A DNA stretch of 64,000 bases from Podarcis gaigeae (lineage: Eukaryota): assembly GCA_964106915.2 (NCBI GenBank), contig OZ066923.1; one strand, written 5' to 3'. Below are positions 37,828 through 49,030 of the stretch, one piece after another (the first letter of the stretch is position 1; every line of letters starts with the position of its first letter). The translations under genes and the position numbers were made by a program. Below the pieces are notes generated by a model, which saw only the letters and a list, made by a program, of their open reading frames with translations, was not told the DNA's origin and did no database searches.

Positions 37828-38256
37828 AATCATAGAATCATAGAGTTGGAAGAGACCACAAGGGCCATTGAGTCCAACCCCCTGCCAAGCAGGAAACACC
37901 ATCAGAGCACTCCTGACATATGGTTGTCAAGCCTCTGCTTAAAGACCTCCAAAGAAGGAGACTCCACCACACTCCTTGGCAGCAAATTCCACTGTCGAAC
38001 AGCTCTTACTGTCAGGAAGTTCTTCCTAATGTTTAGGTGGAATCTTCTTTCTTGAAGTTTGGAACCATTGCTCCGTGTCCGCTTCTCTGGAGCAGCAGAA
38101 AACAACCTTTCTCCCTCCTCTATGTGACATCCTTTTATATATTTGAACATGGCTATCATATCACCCCTTAACCTCCTTTTCTCCAGGCTAAACATGCCCA
38201 GCTCTCTTAGCCGTTCCTCATAAGGCATCGTTTCCAGCCCTTTGGCCATTTTGGTT
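37828..38256 (-). mobile_element. CR1 LINE 3' fragment (same young family)
   Basis: Near-identical to the 3' part of the 40231 copy. TSD TATTCTAA. Confidence 0.95.
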
Positions 38257-38321
38257 TATTCTAATAAAATGACTTAATCAAAACTTTTTTAAGGTTGGAC
38301 CTCAGAGGCAAGGCTTTTTTA

Positions 38322-38682
38322 GGTAAAGGTAAAGGTACCCCTGCCCATACGGGCCAGTCTTGACAGACTCTGGGGTTGTGCACCCATCTCACTCAAGAGG
38401 CCAGGGACCAGCGCTGTCCGGAGACACTTCCGGGTCACGTGGCCAGCGTGACATCGCAGCTCTGGCGAGCCAGAGCCGCACACGGAAACGCCGTTTACCT
38501 TCCCGCTGGTAAGCGGTCCCTATTTATCTACTTGCACCCGGAGGTGCTTTCGAACTGCTAGGTTGGCAGGCGCTGGGACCGAGCAGCGGGATCGCACCCC
38601 GCCGCAGGGATTCGAACCGCCGACCTTTCCATCGGCAAGTCCTAGGCGCTGAGGCTTTAACCCACAGCGCCACCTGCGTCCC
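38322..38682 (-). mobile_element. Sauria SINE, young CpG-rich subfamily
   Basis: Near-identical to the 46240 and 53787 copies, with a GCAGGGGTACCTTTACC tail. Confidence 0.93.
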
Positions 38683-39808
38683 ATCCAGACAAGAGGTTAA
38701 CATCCAGACAAGAGGTTAAAAAAAAAAACAAGTAGGAACTACATTGACTATATAATTTTTAAATGGCTCATTTTCAGAGACTGTGAAATTCTAACCACTG
38801 TATTTCAACTTTTTACTATTTGCTACAATGGAAGAAATGCTAAGTGGATAGAAATTTCACAGTGTCTGTAAAGGCAACACGCACAAACGCACACGCACAC
38901 ACATCCTGTAGCCCATCAGGAAACATGAAAACAATAATTTTATAATGCAACTTTGGAATGGAAATTTAAACTCCCAAGGTAATTTTCCATTGACTATGCC
39001 CGGTGATGCGTGAATTACACTCGCAGGGATGGGTAAATAGGATTGGGCCTGATTGCTTCATCACCCCTCCATTATTTCAAATCTTCTGAAGGGGGGAGGG
39101 AACTTCACAGAGATGAATGTAGATTCCTTGTTTGAAAGCACAGTGGGGGGACACAACCCCATCAGTCCTACTGAGGAACACGGTCCCTGCCGTGAAATCA
39201 TAATTAATACCGTAACAATCTACTTATAAGCCTCAAAAGCGGCCCAGATGGGGATAAATTAGGAGCCGAATATTGTTAGCATTTTATTTAAATTAAACAG
39301 AAGTGTCTCTGACAGAACGCAAATCGTGTTACAGACTAAAAAAGGGATCAGATGAAGCAATTAAGGTGTAAGCAGTCGTTTGTTAGGTTTGTGTGTGCGA
39401 CTGTAAGGCCCGCAAAGTGCAGGATACAGAAGAACACACAGAAAATGGGAATGGTATACCAGCAGATGTTGAAACCGTCCGGGAGAAGTGGTGATCAGTA
39501 GGAAAGAAGTAGAGGATCAGTGCCGCAGTTTGAGAGGCTCTGTATAGTTGCTGGGATTCCTATTGAGGAAGAGGGCAAAGATCCATGGTGAAGCAAAAGC
39601 CTTATACAGTGGTACCTCGGGTTAAGAACTTAATTCGTTCTGGAGGCCTGTTCTTAACCTGAAACTGTTCTTAACCTGAGGTACCACTTTAGCTAATGGG
39701 GCCTCCCGCTGCCGCTGCACCACCACCATGAGATTTCTGTTCTCACCCTGAAGCATAGTTCTTAACACAAGGTACTATTTCTGGGTTAGTGGAGTCTGTA
39801 ACCTGAAG

Positions 39809-41027
39809 TGTTATGCCTATTGATGTGGTTGCTTGAGAGCAGTAGGCAAGGTCCCTCACTGGTCTTTTCAAAGGCTTTATTATTGGTGCAAACATTTACA
39901 ATGCAGAACGCCTCTATTCCATGTCTTGCTCACTCACTAGCAGAATCTGAGAGTGGGCGGTCCTTAAACTTTCCCCAGCAGAGTAGTCTCTTGACCCCCA
40001 GCCGACGCCTCCCCTTTCTGCGTGAAAGCCTACTGCGCAGGGAAGGCTTGGGTAAAGGGGGACCTCCCTCCTCCCCGCTTTGCTCAGGCACGGTGTCCTG
40101 GCTCTTTCTTGCATCCTCCGAGCCCTGCAGGTCTTCCCCACTAGAGGCATGGCTTCCTTCCTCCACTGAGGAAGTGCTGCTTCCCACGATTTTTGGAGGC
40201 TCTCTGTAATCCAGCTGCCCTTCCACCTCTCATAGAATCATAGAATCATAGAGTTGGAAGAGACCCCAAGGGCCATCGAGTCCAACCCCCTGCCAAGCTG
40301 GAAACCCCATCAGAGCACTCCTGACATATGGTTGTCAAGCCTCTGCTTAAAGACCTCCAAAGAAGGAGACTCCACCACACTCCTTGGCAGCAAATTCCAC
40401 TGTCGAACAGCTCTTACTGTCAGGAAGTTCTTCCTAATGTTTAGGTGGAATCTTCTTTCTTGTAGTTTGGATCCATTGCTCCGTGTCCGCTTCTCTGGAG
40501 CAGCAGAAAACAACCTTTCTCCCTCCTCTATGCGACATCCTTTTATATATTTGAACATGGCTATCATATCACCCCTTAACCTCCTCTTCTCCAGGCTAAA
40601 CATGCCCAGCTCCCTTAGCCGTTCCTCATAAGGCATCGTTTCCAGGCCTTTGACCATTTTGGTTGCCCTCCTCTGGACACGTTCCAGTTTGTCAGTGTCC
40701 TTCTTGAACTGTGGTGCCCAGAACTGGACACAGTACTCCAGGTGAGGTCTGCCCAGAGCAGAATACAGAGGCACTATTACTTCCCTTGATCTAGATGCTA
40801 TACTCCTATTGATGCAGTCCAGAATTGCATTGGCTTTTTTAGCTGCCGCGTCACACTGTTGGCTCATATCAAGTTTGTGGTCAACCAAGACTCCTAGATC
40901 CTTTTCACATGTACTGCTCTCAAGCCAGGTGTCACCCATCTTGTATTTGTGCCTCTCATTTCTTTTGCCCAAGTGCAATACTTTACATTTCTCCTCTCGC
41001 ATCTGAGCTGATGGCAGTTCCCTGACA
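39809..41027 (-). mobile_element. Solo-LTR-like element, ~452 bp, copy 3 (diverged subfamily), split by a CR1 and nested in a MITE
   Basis: Minus strand reads TGTCAGGGAACTGCCATCAG...AATAAA...GCATAACA. TSD TGAAG (39804-39808 / 41028-41032). Removing the CR1 and one TSD copy restores a 109-aa frame ending at the stop at 39930. Confidence 0.88.
40231..40992 (-). mobile_element. CR1 LINE 3' fragment (young), inserted in LTR copy 3
   Basis: ORF2 C-terminus (KCKVLHLG...[13 protein letters not shown]...RRLRGDMI), (ATTCTATG)n tail and TSD CCTCT. Confidence 0.96.
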
Positions 41028-41074
41028 TGAAGCGTCTGTAACAGCATGGTACTCCTTGACTACACAGTGAGGAA

Positions 41075-41257
41075 TGGCCATGGCTCAGTGACAGAGCATC
41101 TGCACTGCATGCAGGAGACACTAGGTTCAATCCTCAGCATCTCCCAGTAGGGCTGGGAACATCCTCTGTCCTAAAACCCTAAAGAACTGCTGCCAAAAAC
41201 GGAGCTAGATGGACCAATGGTCCAGTACAGTATAAGGTAGCTTCCTATGTTCCTATG
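41075..41257 (+). mobile_element. tRNA(Ala-like)-derived SINE (Squam3-like)
   Basis: GGCTCAGTGACAGAGCATCTGC..GGTTCAATCC..GCATCTCC head and CTTCCTATGTTCCTATG tail. Confidence 0.8.
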
Positions 41258-42544
41258 ACCTTGCTTGAGATGACTAATGGTCTGGTTTCTGAGAGAGAAT
41301 CTCCAGGGCGCATATGCAAACAAGCGTAATGGTTTAGGAACTGGATGCAAGGTTCTTCTCTTGCCTATTCTATGAATTTAGGCATGGAGGGGCAATTTGT
41401 GGCATGTTCCCCAGAGGTAGGGAGGTTGCTGCTGGTGGTTTAATGCTTAGATAGCCCCGCGGACTCAGTAGATCAGAGGGTAAATCAACCCAAGGGATAG
41501 GGAGGAATTTTATGCACTATAGTGGGTGAAAGGGTGGCACAATCCAAAACTGTGGACTAGATTTTGGGCACACTTGCAGAAAGATTGACCAGGACTGAAC
41601 AAGGGGAACAATATTAGTAATAGCTAAGGAGCAACAACTTGAGGATCCAGCAAAATATATTTTGATGGGCTCGATGTGCTAACTCACAGGTACATAATGT
41701 TTCCAGAATTTTAGGGCTGTAAATGGTGCCCAGTGCTGTATTGCTATAATCATGTTGGTCACAGGAGACTGGCATATGCTGTGCTATTGAACAGCTTCCT
41801 AAAAATTTCTGAGTGCCATATGGAGGGGCTTCACTGTGCCAGCCTCTTAATGCCTATTGTCTTTATGAGTCTGCCAGAAGAACAAGGGAGAGGGTGAGCC
41901 TTGAGAACTCTGGCTGACATTTCCACTAAAGGCTTTTCTTAACCTTGGTTGGACCCAATCGAGGTGTCAATGCTGCATCCAACTGTTTTCGAATCAAGAC
42001 AGTTCTTTGCTTCCATGACTGATATGGGTGCTATACAGTATTTTACTCCTTTAAAAGCTAGATTATATATTATGGTTGCCACAGGGAAATTTTCTTTAAA
42101 TTGCTTTGTGCAATGGCTATTACCACATTAGCTATTTGCATGAAGGAACTTGTCACATAGACTTCTGTCCACAACATTGCAAAGGAGCAAAAAAGAAAAG
42201 ATGTGCAATGTCTGAATCAGTTGCTGCATATGAGCAGTTTTTTGTGGAATAATGCTTGCTGCATGGAACAATATAAAGTTGCCTCCATATCAGGCATGCA
42301 TAGCAGGCATGCACCTTTGGGATGTTTCTGCATGCAGCTTTGCTGCTGCAGACTCAAGTGGCCTTGGTGGCTAGGGGTGTCTTTCATAGGCTTCAGCCGG
42401 TAAAACCTCTGTATCTGTTCGTGGACCAGGACAGCTTGACCACAGTGGTTTAGGAATTGGGAACTTCAAGACTGGTCTACTGCAATGCACTCTACATGGG
42501 GCTTCCCTTGTGCTTGTTTCCAGAAAATGCAAAATACCGCAACA

Positions 42545-42845
42545 AAATACCGTGTTAACATATTACACCTGTGCTCAAAGAACTGCACTGGCTGCCAGCT
42601 TGTTACCATAGTAAGTTCAAGGTGTTACAAATGGTACATAAAGCCCTTTACAGACTGGGACCAGTTGAAGGGATCACCTTACTCCATATGTTCTGATCTG
42701 ATCACTTCCATCTGTGCAATCTGCACTTCCATTCTGTGTTAGTAAGGAGTTACTCCTTTAAGGTGGCAGCACCTGTACTTTGGAACTCCCTCTCTGCCTT
42801 TTTTGATGCCTGCTGAAAACTGTTCTGTTTTTGCAGACCTATCTA
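42545..42845 (+). mobile_element. Old L2 fragment
   Basis: HITPVLKELHWLP..KFKVL-like remnant. Confidence 0.7.
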
Positions 42846-45099
42846 GACCCATGATTCGGTTGCATCTGTTGCATTTGTTGGTTGCACCAACAAATTTCCA
42901 AGGCTAGTCATAAGTTAAATGTGGCCTGCCAGGGGAGAGAGGAAAAGAAAGAATATGTATTGGGAACACCTTAAGCCTATCAGAATAGGATGATCACTCT
43001 TCCTCTAAAGCATAGGGAAAATAGCAAAAATGGTTGGGAATTGGGATACATACGAGCATGACTGATGGCAAAATTGCTTCAGAATTTGAATGGTTTTAAG
43101 CCAAAATCCCAATGGTAATGACTTCTTTGCCCCATGACTGTGCAGGAATTCAACTGGAAGAGATTTCTTTGGACTCAATGGTTCTGAATTTTAAAACTCC
43201 ATGACAGGTAACAAACCTGGGAAGAAGGTGTGGTGGGGACAGCACAATACCCTGCCTTGCTGCAAGGTACTCTTATCCCCAAGAGCACACAAGCAGCTTG
43301 AAAAAGACTTATTAAAGGGGCCCCCACTGGCTGGCATGCAAAAGGGAGTCTAGATTAATTGTCAAACTAACACTTCATATATTCATTGTTAATTTTACCA
43401 ACTGATTTCTTTTCGGGGGAAAGCCATTGGCAGGGCGGAGGAGAGGAAGAAGGGTGATTCTCCTGTCCTTCAAGTTTCCAGACATGTATTAGAAATGACA
43501 GCCTATGATTGCAGTAGACAACATCTAATTAACTGTCATTATAAAACACATGTCAAAGCCTGAGGCCTATGCTGGATCTGCTGTCTAATTTAGCTCCAGA
43601 ATATTAAAAAGGACCCTTTTCGTTTTGCCAAGCTGGTGAATGAATCTTGTTGTCTTATTAAACAACTTGTTCCTTTTGCACCCCTCCTCCTGCACCCCCT
43701 CCTCAAACTCTCTCCCTGCTGCTTGCATGAAGGGGGGGGGGACAGGCGGGTGATGGATATTTAAAACCACATCCATGCCTGCTCCTGACTTGGAGGAGGA
43801 TGAGAGCGCAGATATGACATGAAAGGGGAAGCTGTCTGCAAAACTATTAGATGACTAATGAAACAATTATACCCAAACAGCCACCGCAACCGCTTACGGG
43901 GCTTATTTTCGCAGTACTGCACAGCACGGTTAGACCTTACTTCTCCTCTGTTATTAATTAGGAGAAAGGGGACGCTAATCAATCTCTGTCTCTGTTCAAG
44001 TGGCTGGTAGGACTGGGAACTGTTTCACATTTCAGTTACCAATCCATTTCACCCTCTTCCCTTGCTGGATGAGGTCACCCAGAATGCTGACCAAACCCGT
44101 TGCCACCCTGGGAGGTAGCGGTGAGAGGAGGAATCGCAAGTTCCAGAACAGTCGCTCAATTAACCAGCATGCCTTGGGGCTCACTTCCACTGGAACTGGA
44201 AATGAAGTAACTACTAAATGGGACAACCGGTCTCCTGTTTTGCCTCCTGAAGCAGCTCCATTGGAATATACTGTGATGGTGAAACAGGGGTGGAGAAGTA
44301 AGATTTACTGTGGTTTTGCAGCCCACAACTGATCAGACACAGAGCTTTAAAGCGCTGAGCTGTGCCTGGGAAGTGTGGCACAAAAGGTAGTCAGGATAAG
44401 CCCTAACTTTCTGCTGGTTCTAGATGGAAGGTTCTGTAGAAGGGAGCCCTGCATCTCCCAAACTGAGGGGAGGTCTAGAAAAGGACAAGGCTCTCAAGCT
44501 GTTGGTTTCCCTTCCTTCCTTCCTTCCTTCCTTCCTTCCCTCCCTCCCTCAATGCTCTTCTTCTTCCTAAGGCCATATCTGCTTTCCCCTTTCACTACTC
44601 CCATTTCAATCTGGAGATTTTCTTCCTTTGCCAGGCAAGTTTAATTGTGCAGCAACAGTTTCTGCTCTTCCAACACAGACCGTAGCGTTCCAACCACCAT
44701 CTCCAAGCCCCAATTTGCAGTACTCAACACCATTTCACTGGTGTCTCCTCAAACTCGGAGACTGTTCCTGCCTATGCCACACTCACCCTGCTTATGTGCC
44801 AATCCCATGCCAAAGGGCCAACAACATATTCCCATTATTCCCTGCAACAGTTTCTACAAAACTTTCCCTGGCTTTTCCTTTGAAGAACTTAAGGTTACCA
44901 AATTTTCCTTCCCCAATCTCATCCACACGTTGGGTAGAAGGGCAGGCTGAGAGGGTTCAACAAACCAATGGTCCCCCATAATTTTTTTGGTTAAGCAGGG
45001 ATTTGACCTTCAGCCTCCTTAGTCTAAGTCTTACCCCAGCAGCACCACACTGGTTCTCCTTATACAGCTGGGTGCTGTACAAAACAGAGGTGTAACTTA

Positions 45100-45431
45100 G
45101 GGCTTATTCATACTTACCTTTCTTCTGCTCTTTCCAGGCATAGTTTGTGCTTTATAGCTCCATGTCTGAGCACCCGCCCTTTTTTTTTTTTTTTTTTGCT
45201 CCAGAGCTTTCCCTGTAAAAACTTGCTCTTTAAAGCTCAATCGGAGCAAATGTCACTCCACTGAAAGTCCCAATTGATGTTTGCTCCAATTGAGCTCCAA
45301 AGAGCAGGTTTTTGCAGTGAAAGCTTTAGGGCAAAAAAGAAGAAAAAAGAAAGAAATGTTTGGGCATGGAGCTTTCAAGCACAGACCTGGGCCTGGAAAT
45401 AGCAGGGAAAGGGGTATGTGTGGATCACCCC
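45100..45431. mobile_element. PIF/Harbinger-type palindromic MITE
   Basis: GGG...CCC ends, TTA TSD (45097-45099 / 45432-45434). The whole element is an imperfect inverted repeat. Confidence 0.75.
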
Positions 45432-46239
45432 TTAGTCCCTATCCAAAGGCTTGCAACCTACAACCAACAGACAAGACGGGAGTGGTGGGAGAGTACTGGG
45501 AATGACATAGATGGTGGGTGGAGAAATAGAGGAGTCAGGAGTTGTACACTGCTTAGAGGCTGTAGTACAGTCAAGTGTTGCGTACATTTTGTTAAACACA
45601 AAATAAAAAAAATAGGAGAGTCAAAAAGAGGGACAGCAGCTGTGGCAGAGAGACTGAGAGGGGTAGATGCACAGAAGCAAAGAAAAGCTGACAAAGGAGG
45701 ATGGGATAATACAAACACAGCAAAGCAAGTATGAGAAAATGTCTTCTCTAAATCACATGGAAAGGGAGGCATGGCAAGGTGGAAGATCAGCATGAAGGAG
45801 CTGAGATAAGAGATGACCAGAATGTCAATAAGGCTCTTAGTATATGTGCAGAAAGGAAAGAATATAACATGGAAGAGGAAAAAGCATCAGAATTTTGTTA
45901 CCACAAACAACCAACTAGGCATATACCGCTTCTAACAATGTTAAAAGAATGGAATTAACACCATCAACAAATCACATGTTTTGAAATATAACAGTCAAAA
46001 TATTTATACTTCTTCATATGATTTTAAAATCTGCATTACAATATGTGGTTCCCAAGGTGGAGAAGAATAATACGATCCACATAGCCATAAAATAACCATA
46101 AAATTGACAGCAAAAGGAATAAAATGACAATTTCAAACCACAGCGACAATAAGCAATTGCAACTCTAACTGGGATTGGACAGTTGTGATCCATGTCTGGG
46201 TAACCTCCTCTTTAGACTACAGTACTCTAAGGTGACGCA

Positions 46240-46604
46240 GGGACGCAGGTGGCACTGTGGGTTAAAGCCTCAGCGCCTAGGACTTGCCGATCGAAAGGTC
46301 GGCGGTTCGAATCCCTGCGGCGGGGTGCGCTCCCGCTGCTCGGTCCCAGCGCCTGCCAACCTAGCAGTTCGAAAGCACCTCCGGGTGCAAGTAGATAAAT
46401 AGGGACCGCTTACCAGCGGGAAGGTAAACGGCGTTTCCGTGTGCGGCTCTGGCTCGCCAGATGCAGCTTTGTCACGCTGGCCACGTGACCCGGAAGTGTC
46501 TCTGGACAGCGCTGGCCCCTGGCCTCTTGAGTGAGATGGGCGCACAACCCCAGAGTCTGTCAAGACTGTCCCGTACGGGCAGGGGTACCTTTACCTTTAC
46601 CTTT
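46240..46604 (+). mobile_element. Sauria SINE, young CpG-rich subfamily
   Basis: Full length, with TSD TACTCTAAGGTGA. Confidence 0.93.
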
Positions 46605-46744
46605 ACTCTAAGGTGAATGGAAAAGCCGTTTTGTTGAGACTCCACAGCATAATAAAAAATAACTTTGTGCAAGTGTAGATGCTGCTGCTATACTTTTATA
46701 TTTGAATGTATTATTCAGATTATATATTTCCGTATGTTTTATAT

Positions 46745-46822
46745 CTGCTGTAAGACACCCAGAGTGGCTGGGGAAACCCAGCCAGATGGGTGGGGTATAA
46801 ATAAATCATCATCATCATCATC
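46745..46822 (+). mobile_element. L2 3' tail fragment
   Basis: Same tail motif followed by (ATC)n. Confidence 0.78.
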
Positions 46823-47464
46823 AAAGGAAAGGCTGTAACGGGGCAACAGGCAGCTTGAGCAACAAGAGGGATCCAATAATTTCTGTTAGTTCAAACTCTG
46901 TGTTTGAAACCCTAGATAGTTTAGAGTGAATTTTGCTTACATTAAAGAACAGCAGCACATTATTGGACAAAAATGATATAACCACTCTTTAAGTGCACAA
47001 ACTCAGTAAATTAACTCGGAAGCATGCCGCTTTTCTGAGAAGAAGTAAACTGCTGATTGTAGTAAGCAAATAATAATTAACACTAGTACATACAGCACTA
47101 ATTAACAAGGAATTTAATTAAACTACTGCGCCAACATAACAAGATGCACGACAAAGTAATTGTGGTTTGTCATGTTGGCATATTCTTATGCTACTTCAAA
47201 GTTTGCTTTGTTCTATGGGTCTTGCAATGTGAACTCTGAGGAAGCGTTTAAGAAATTGAAAGCAGGCTTAACATGGCACATCCAAAACACACAAAGACAC
47301 AGACTCTAAAGGAGAAAAAGAAGGAGGAACATATTAATGTAAGAACAGCCTGGTGGATCAGGACAATGGCCCATCCTGTTCTCACAGGGGACTTCCAGGT
47401 GCCTGGGGAAAGCACACAAGTGCTCTCTCCCTCCTGTGTTTTCCAGCAATTACCGTATGTTTCC

Positions 47465-47851
47465 ATGTATATACTGACCTTTAAAGCCCTAAACAGCCTC
47501 GGTCCAGTATACCTGAAGGAGCTTCTCCACCCCCATCATTCTGCCCGGACACTGAGGTCCAGCGCCGAGGGCCTTCTGGTGGTTCCCTCACTGCGAGAAA
47601 TGAGGTTGCAGGGAACCAGGCAGAGGGCCTTCTCGGTAGTGGCGCCTGCCCTGTGGAACGCCCTCCCATCAGATGTCAAAGGGAAAAACAACTACCAGAC
47701 TTTTAGTAGACATCTGAAGGCTGCCCTGTTTAGGGAAGTTTTTAATGTTTGACAGACTATTGTATTTTAATATTTTGTTGGAAGCCCCCCAGAGTGACTG
47801 GGGAAACCCAGCCAGATGGGTGGGGTATAAATAAAAAATGATGATGATGAT
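47465..47851 (+). mobile_element. L2 LINE 3' fragment
   Basis: Same family as 13676, with an (ATG)n tail. Confidence 0.92.
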
Positions 47852-47897
47852 GCCTGGGGAGGACCCATACTTGAGCAGTGAAGCACATGCCTGGAAC

Positions 47898-47898
<1 letters not shown>

Positions 47899-47941
<43 letters not shown>
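47899..47941 (+). repeat. (TTA)n microsatellite
   Basis: Read directly. Confidence 0.95.
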
Positions 47942-47983
47942 GACTAGGTTTCTCTTTACTGAAAAATTATGTATAAAATAGGG

Positions 47984-48170
47984 CAGGGGTGCCCAAACTT
48001 TTTCCAAAGAGGGCCAGATTTGATGAAGTGAACATGTGTGAGGGCCGACCAAAGTTGTTAGTTGTTAGGCATTTTTTAGGACTGAAGTTGTTGAGCCTTT
48101 TTTAGGATTTAACCCCAAAGTTGCTGAGCTCTTTTTTTAGGATTGAAGTTGCTGAGCTTTTTCTAGGATT
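47984..48170 (+). mobile_element. hAT left-end fragment with short tandem repeats
   Basis: CAGGGGTGCCCAAACTTTTT start followed by about 4 copies of AAGTTGYTGAGC..TTTTTAGGATT. Confidence 0.6.
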
Positions 48171-48539
48171 CTACCCCAGGACATAAACTGCTACGGGGGA
48201 TGGATTAAATCGACCGGCGAGCCAGATTAGGCCCCCAAAACAGACTCTGGACATGCCTGAAATAGGGGGTCGTCTTATACATGGGAAGTGCCGGGGGGGG
48301 GGGGGCTGGGATTGGTTGATGCCACAAACCAGAGATGGTTTGCAGCATGTTATTGGTGTCTGCTGCAAGGGGTGGTGTTGATTGGGTGTTGCTGCAGGCT
48401 GCTTCTGCACGCTTAGGGACAGACATTAGGAAGCTCAACAACTCTGGGCAATCTCCCCCTATTTTCTTAATTTTTAGTCCTCCCAAATAGGGCGTCTTAT
48501 ACACGGAAAAGTACGGTAGTATCCAGAAGCATTACTGCC

Positions 48540-49030
48540 TCCAACTGTACTAGCCATCATGGCTAGTAGCCATCAATAGGCAAATTTGTTTAATTGCTCT
48601 TCTAAAACCATCCAATCACTGCCTCCTGGGGCAATAAGTACTTTCTTTTATTTGTCGTATATCGTCCAACGTTCAGTTTCACTGGATGGCTACAAGTTCT
48701 AGTGTTAGGAGAGAGGAAGAAAATCCTTTCTCTATTCACGTTCTCTTTGCCGTTCATAGTTCTATAACTTTTTAAACATGTCATCTCCTACGCCCCTTTT
48801 CTCCAAGCTCAAAATCCCCACCTGTTGCAACCGTTCCTCATAAGAGAGTCTCTCCATCCCCTTTTGGCGGCCCTTTTCTGACCCTTTCCCAACTTCACAA
48901 CATCGTTTTTGAGGTGAGGCAACCAGAAATGTACACAGTACTCCAAAAGTGGCCGCACCATGGATTTTTTTTTTATGATGGCAGTACAATATTGGCAGTT
49001 TTATATTCAATTCCTTTCCTAATGATCCCT
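48540..49030 (-). mobile_element. Degenerate CR1 LINE fragment
   Basis: Frameshifted ORF2 remnants (LGIIRKGIEYKTANIVLP; GMERLSYEERLQ). Confidence 0.85.

Larger units (their letters stand above)
39607..41054 (-). mobile_element. Tigger/pogo-like MITE hosting LTR copy 3 and a CR1
   Basis: Reverse orientation of the 4607 family. The MITE resumes at 41033. Confidence 0.87.

Noticed and set aside
38682-38719. 19-bp tandem duplication CATCCAGACAAGAGGTTAA
   Set aside because: It is a small local duplication beside a SINE head with no further structure.
40310-41047. 245-aa ORF as a host gene
   Set aside because: It is a chimera of MITE, LTR start and truncated CR1 ORF2.
48050-48170. CRISPR-like spaced repeats
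   Set aside because: The context is eukaryotic, and these are degenerate tandem units inside a hAT fragment with no unique spacers or cas genes.
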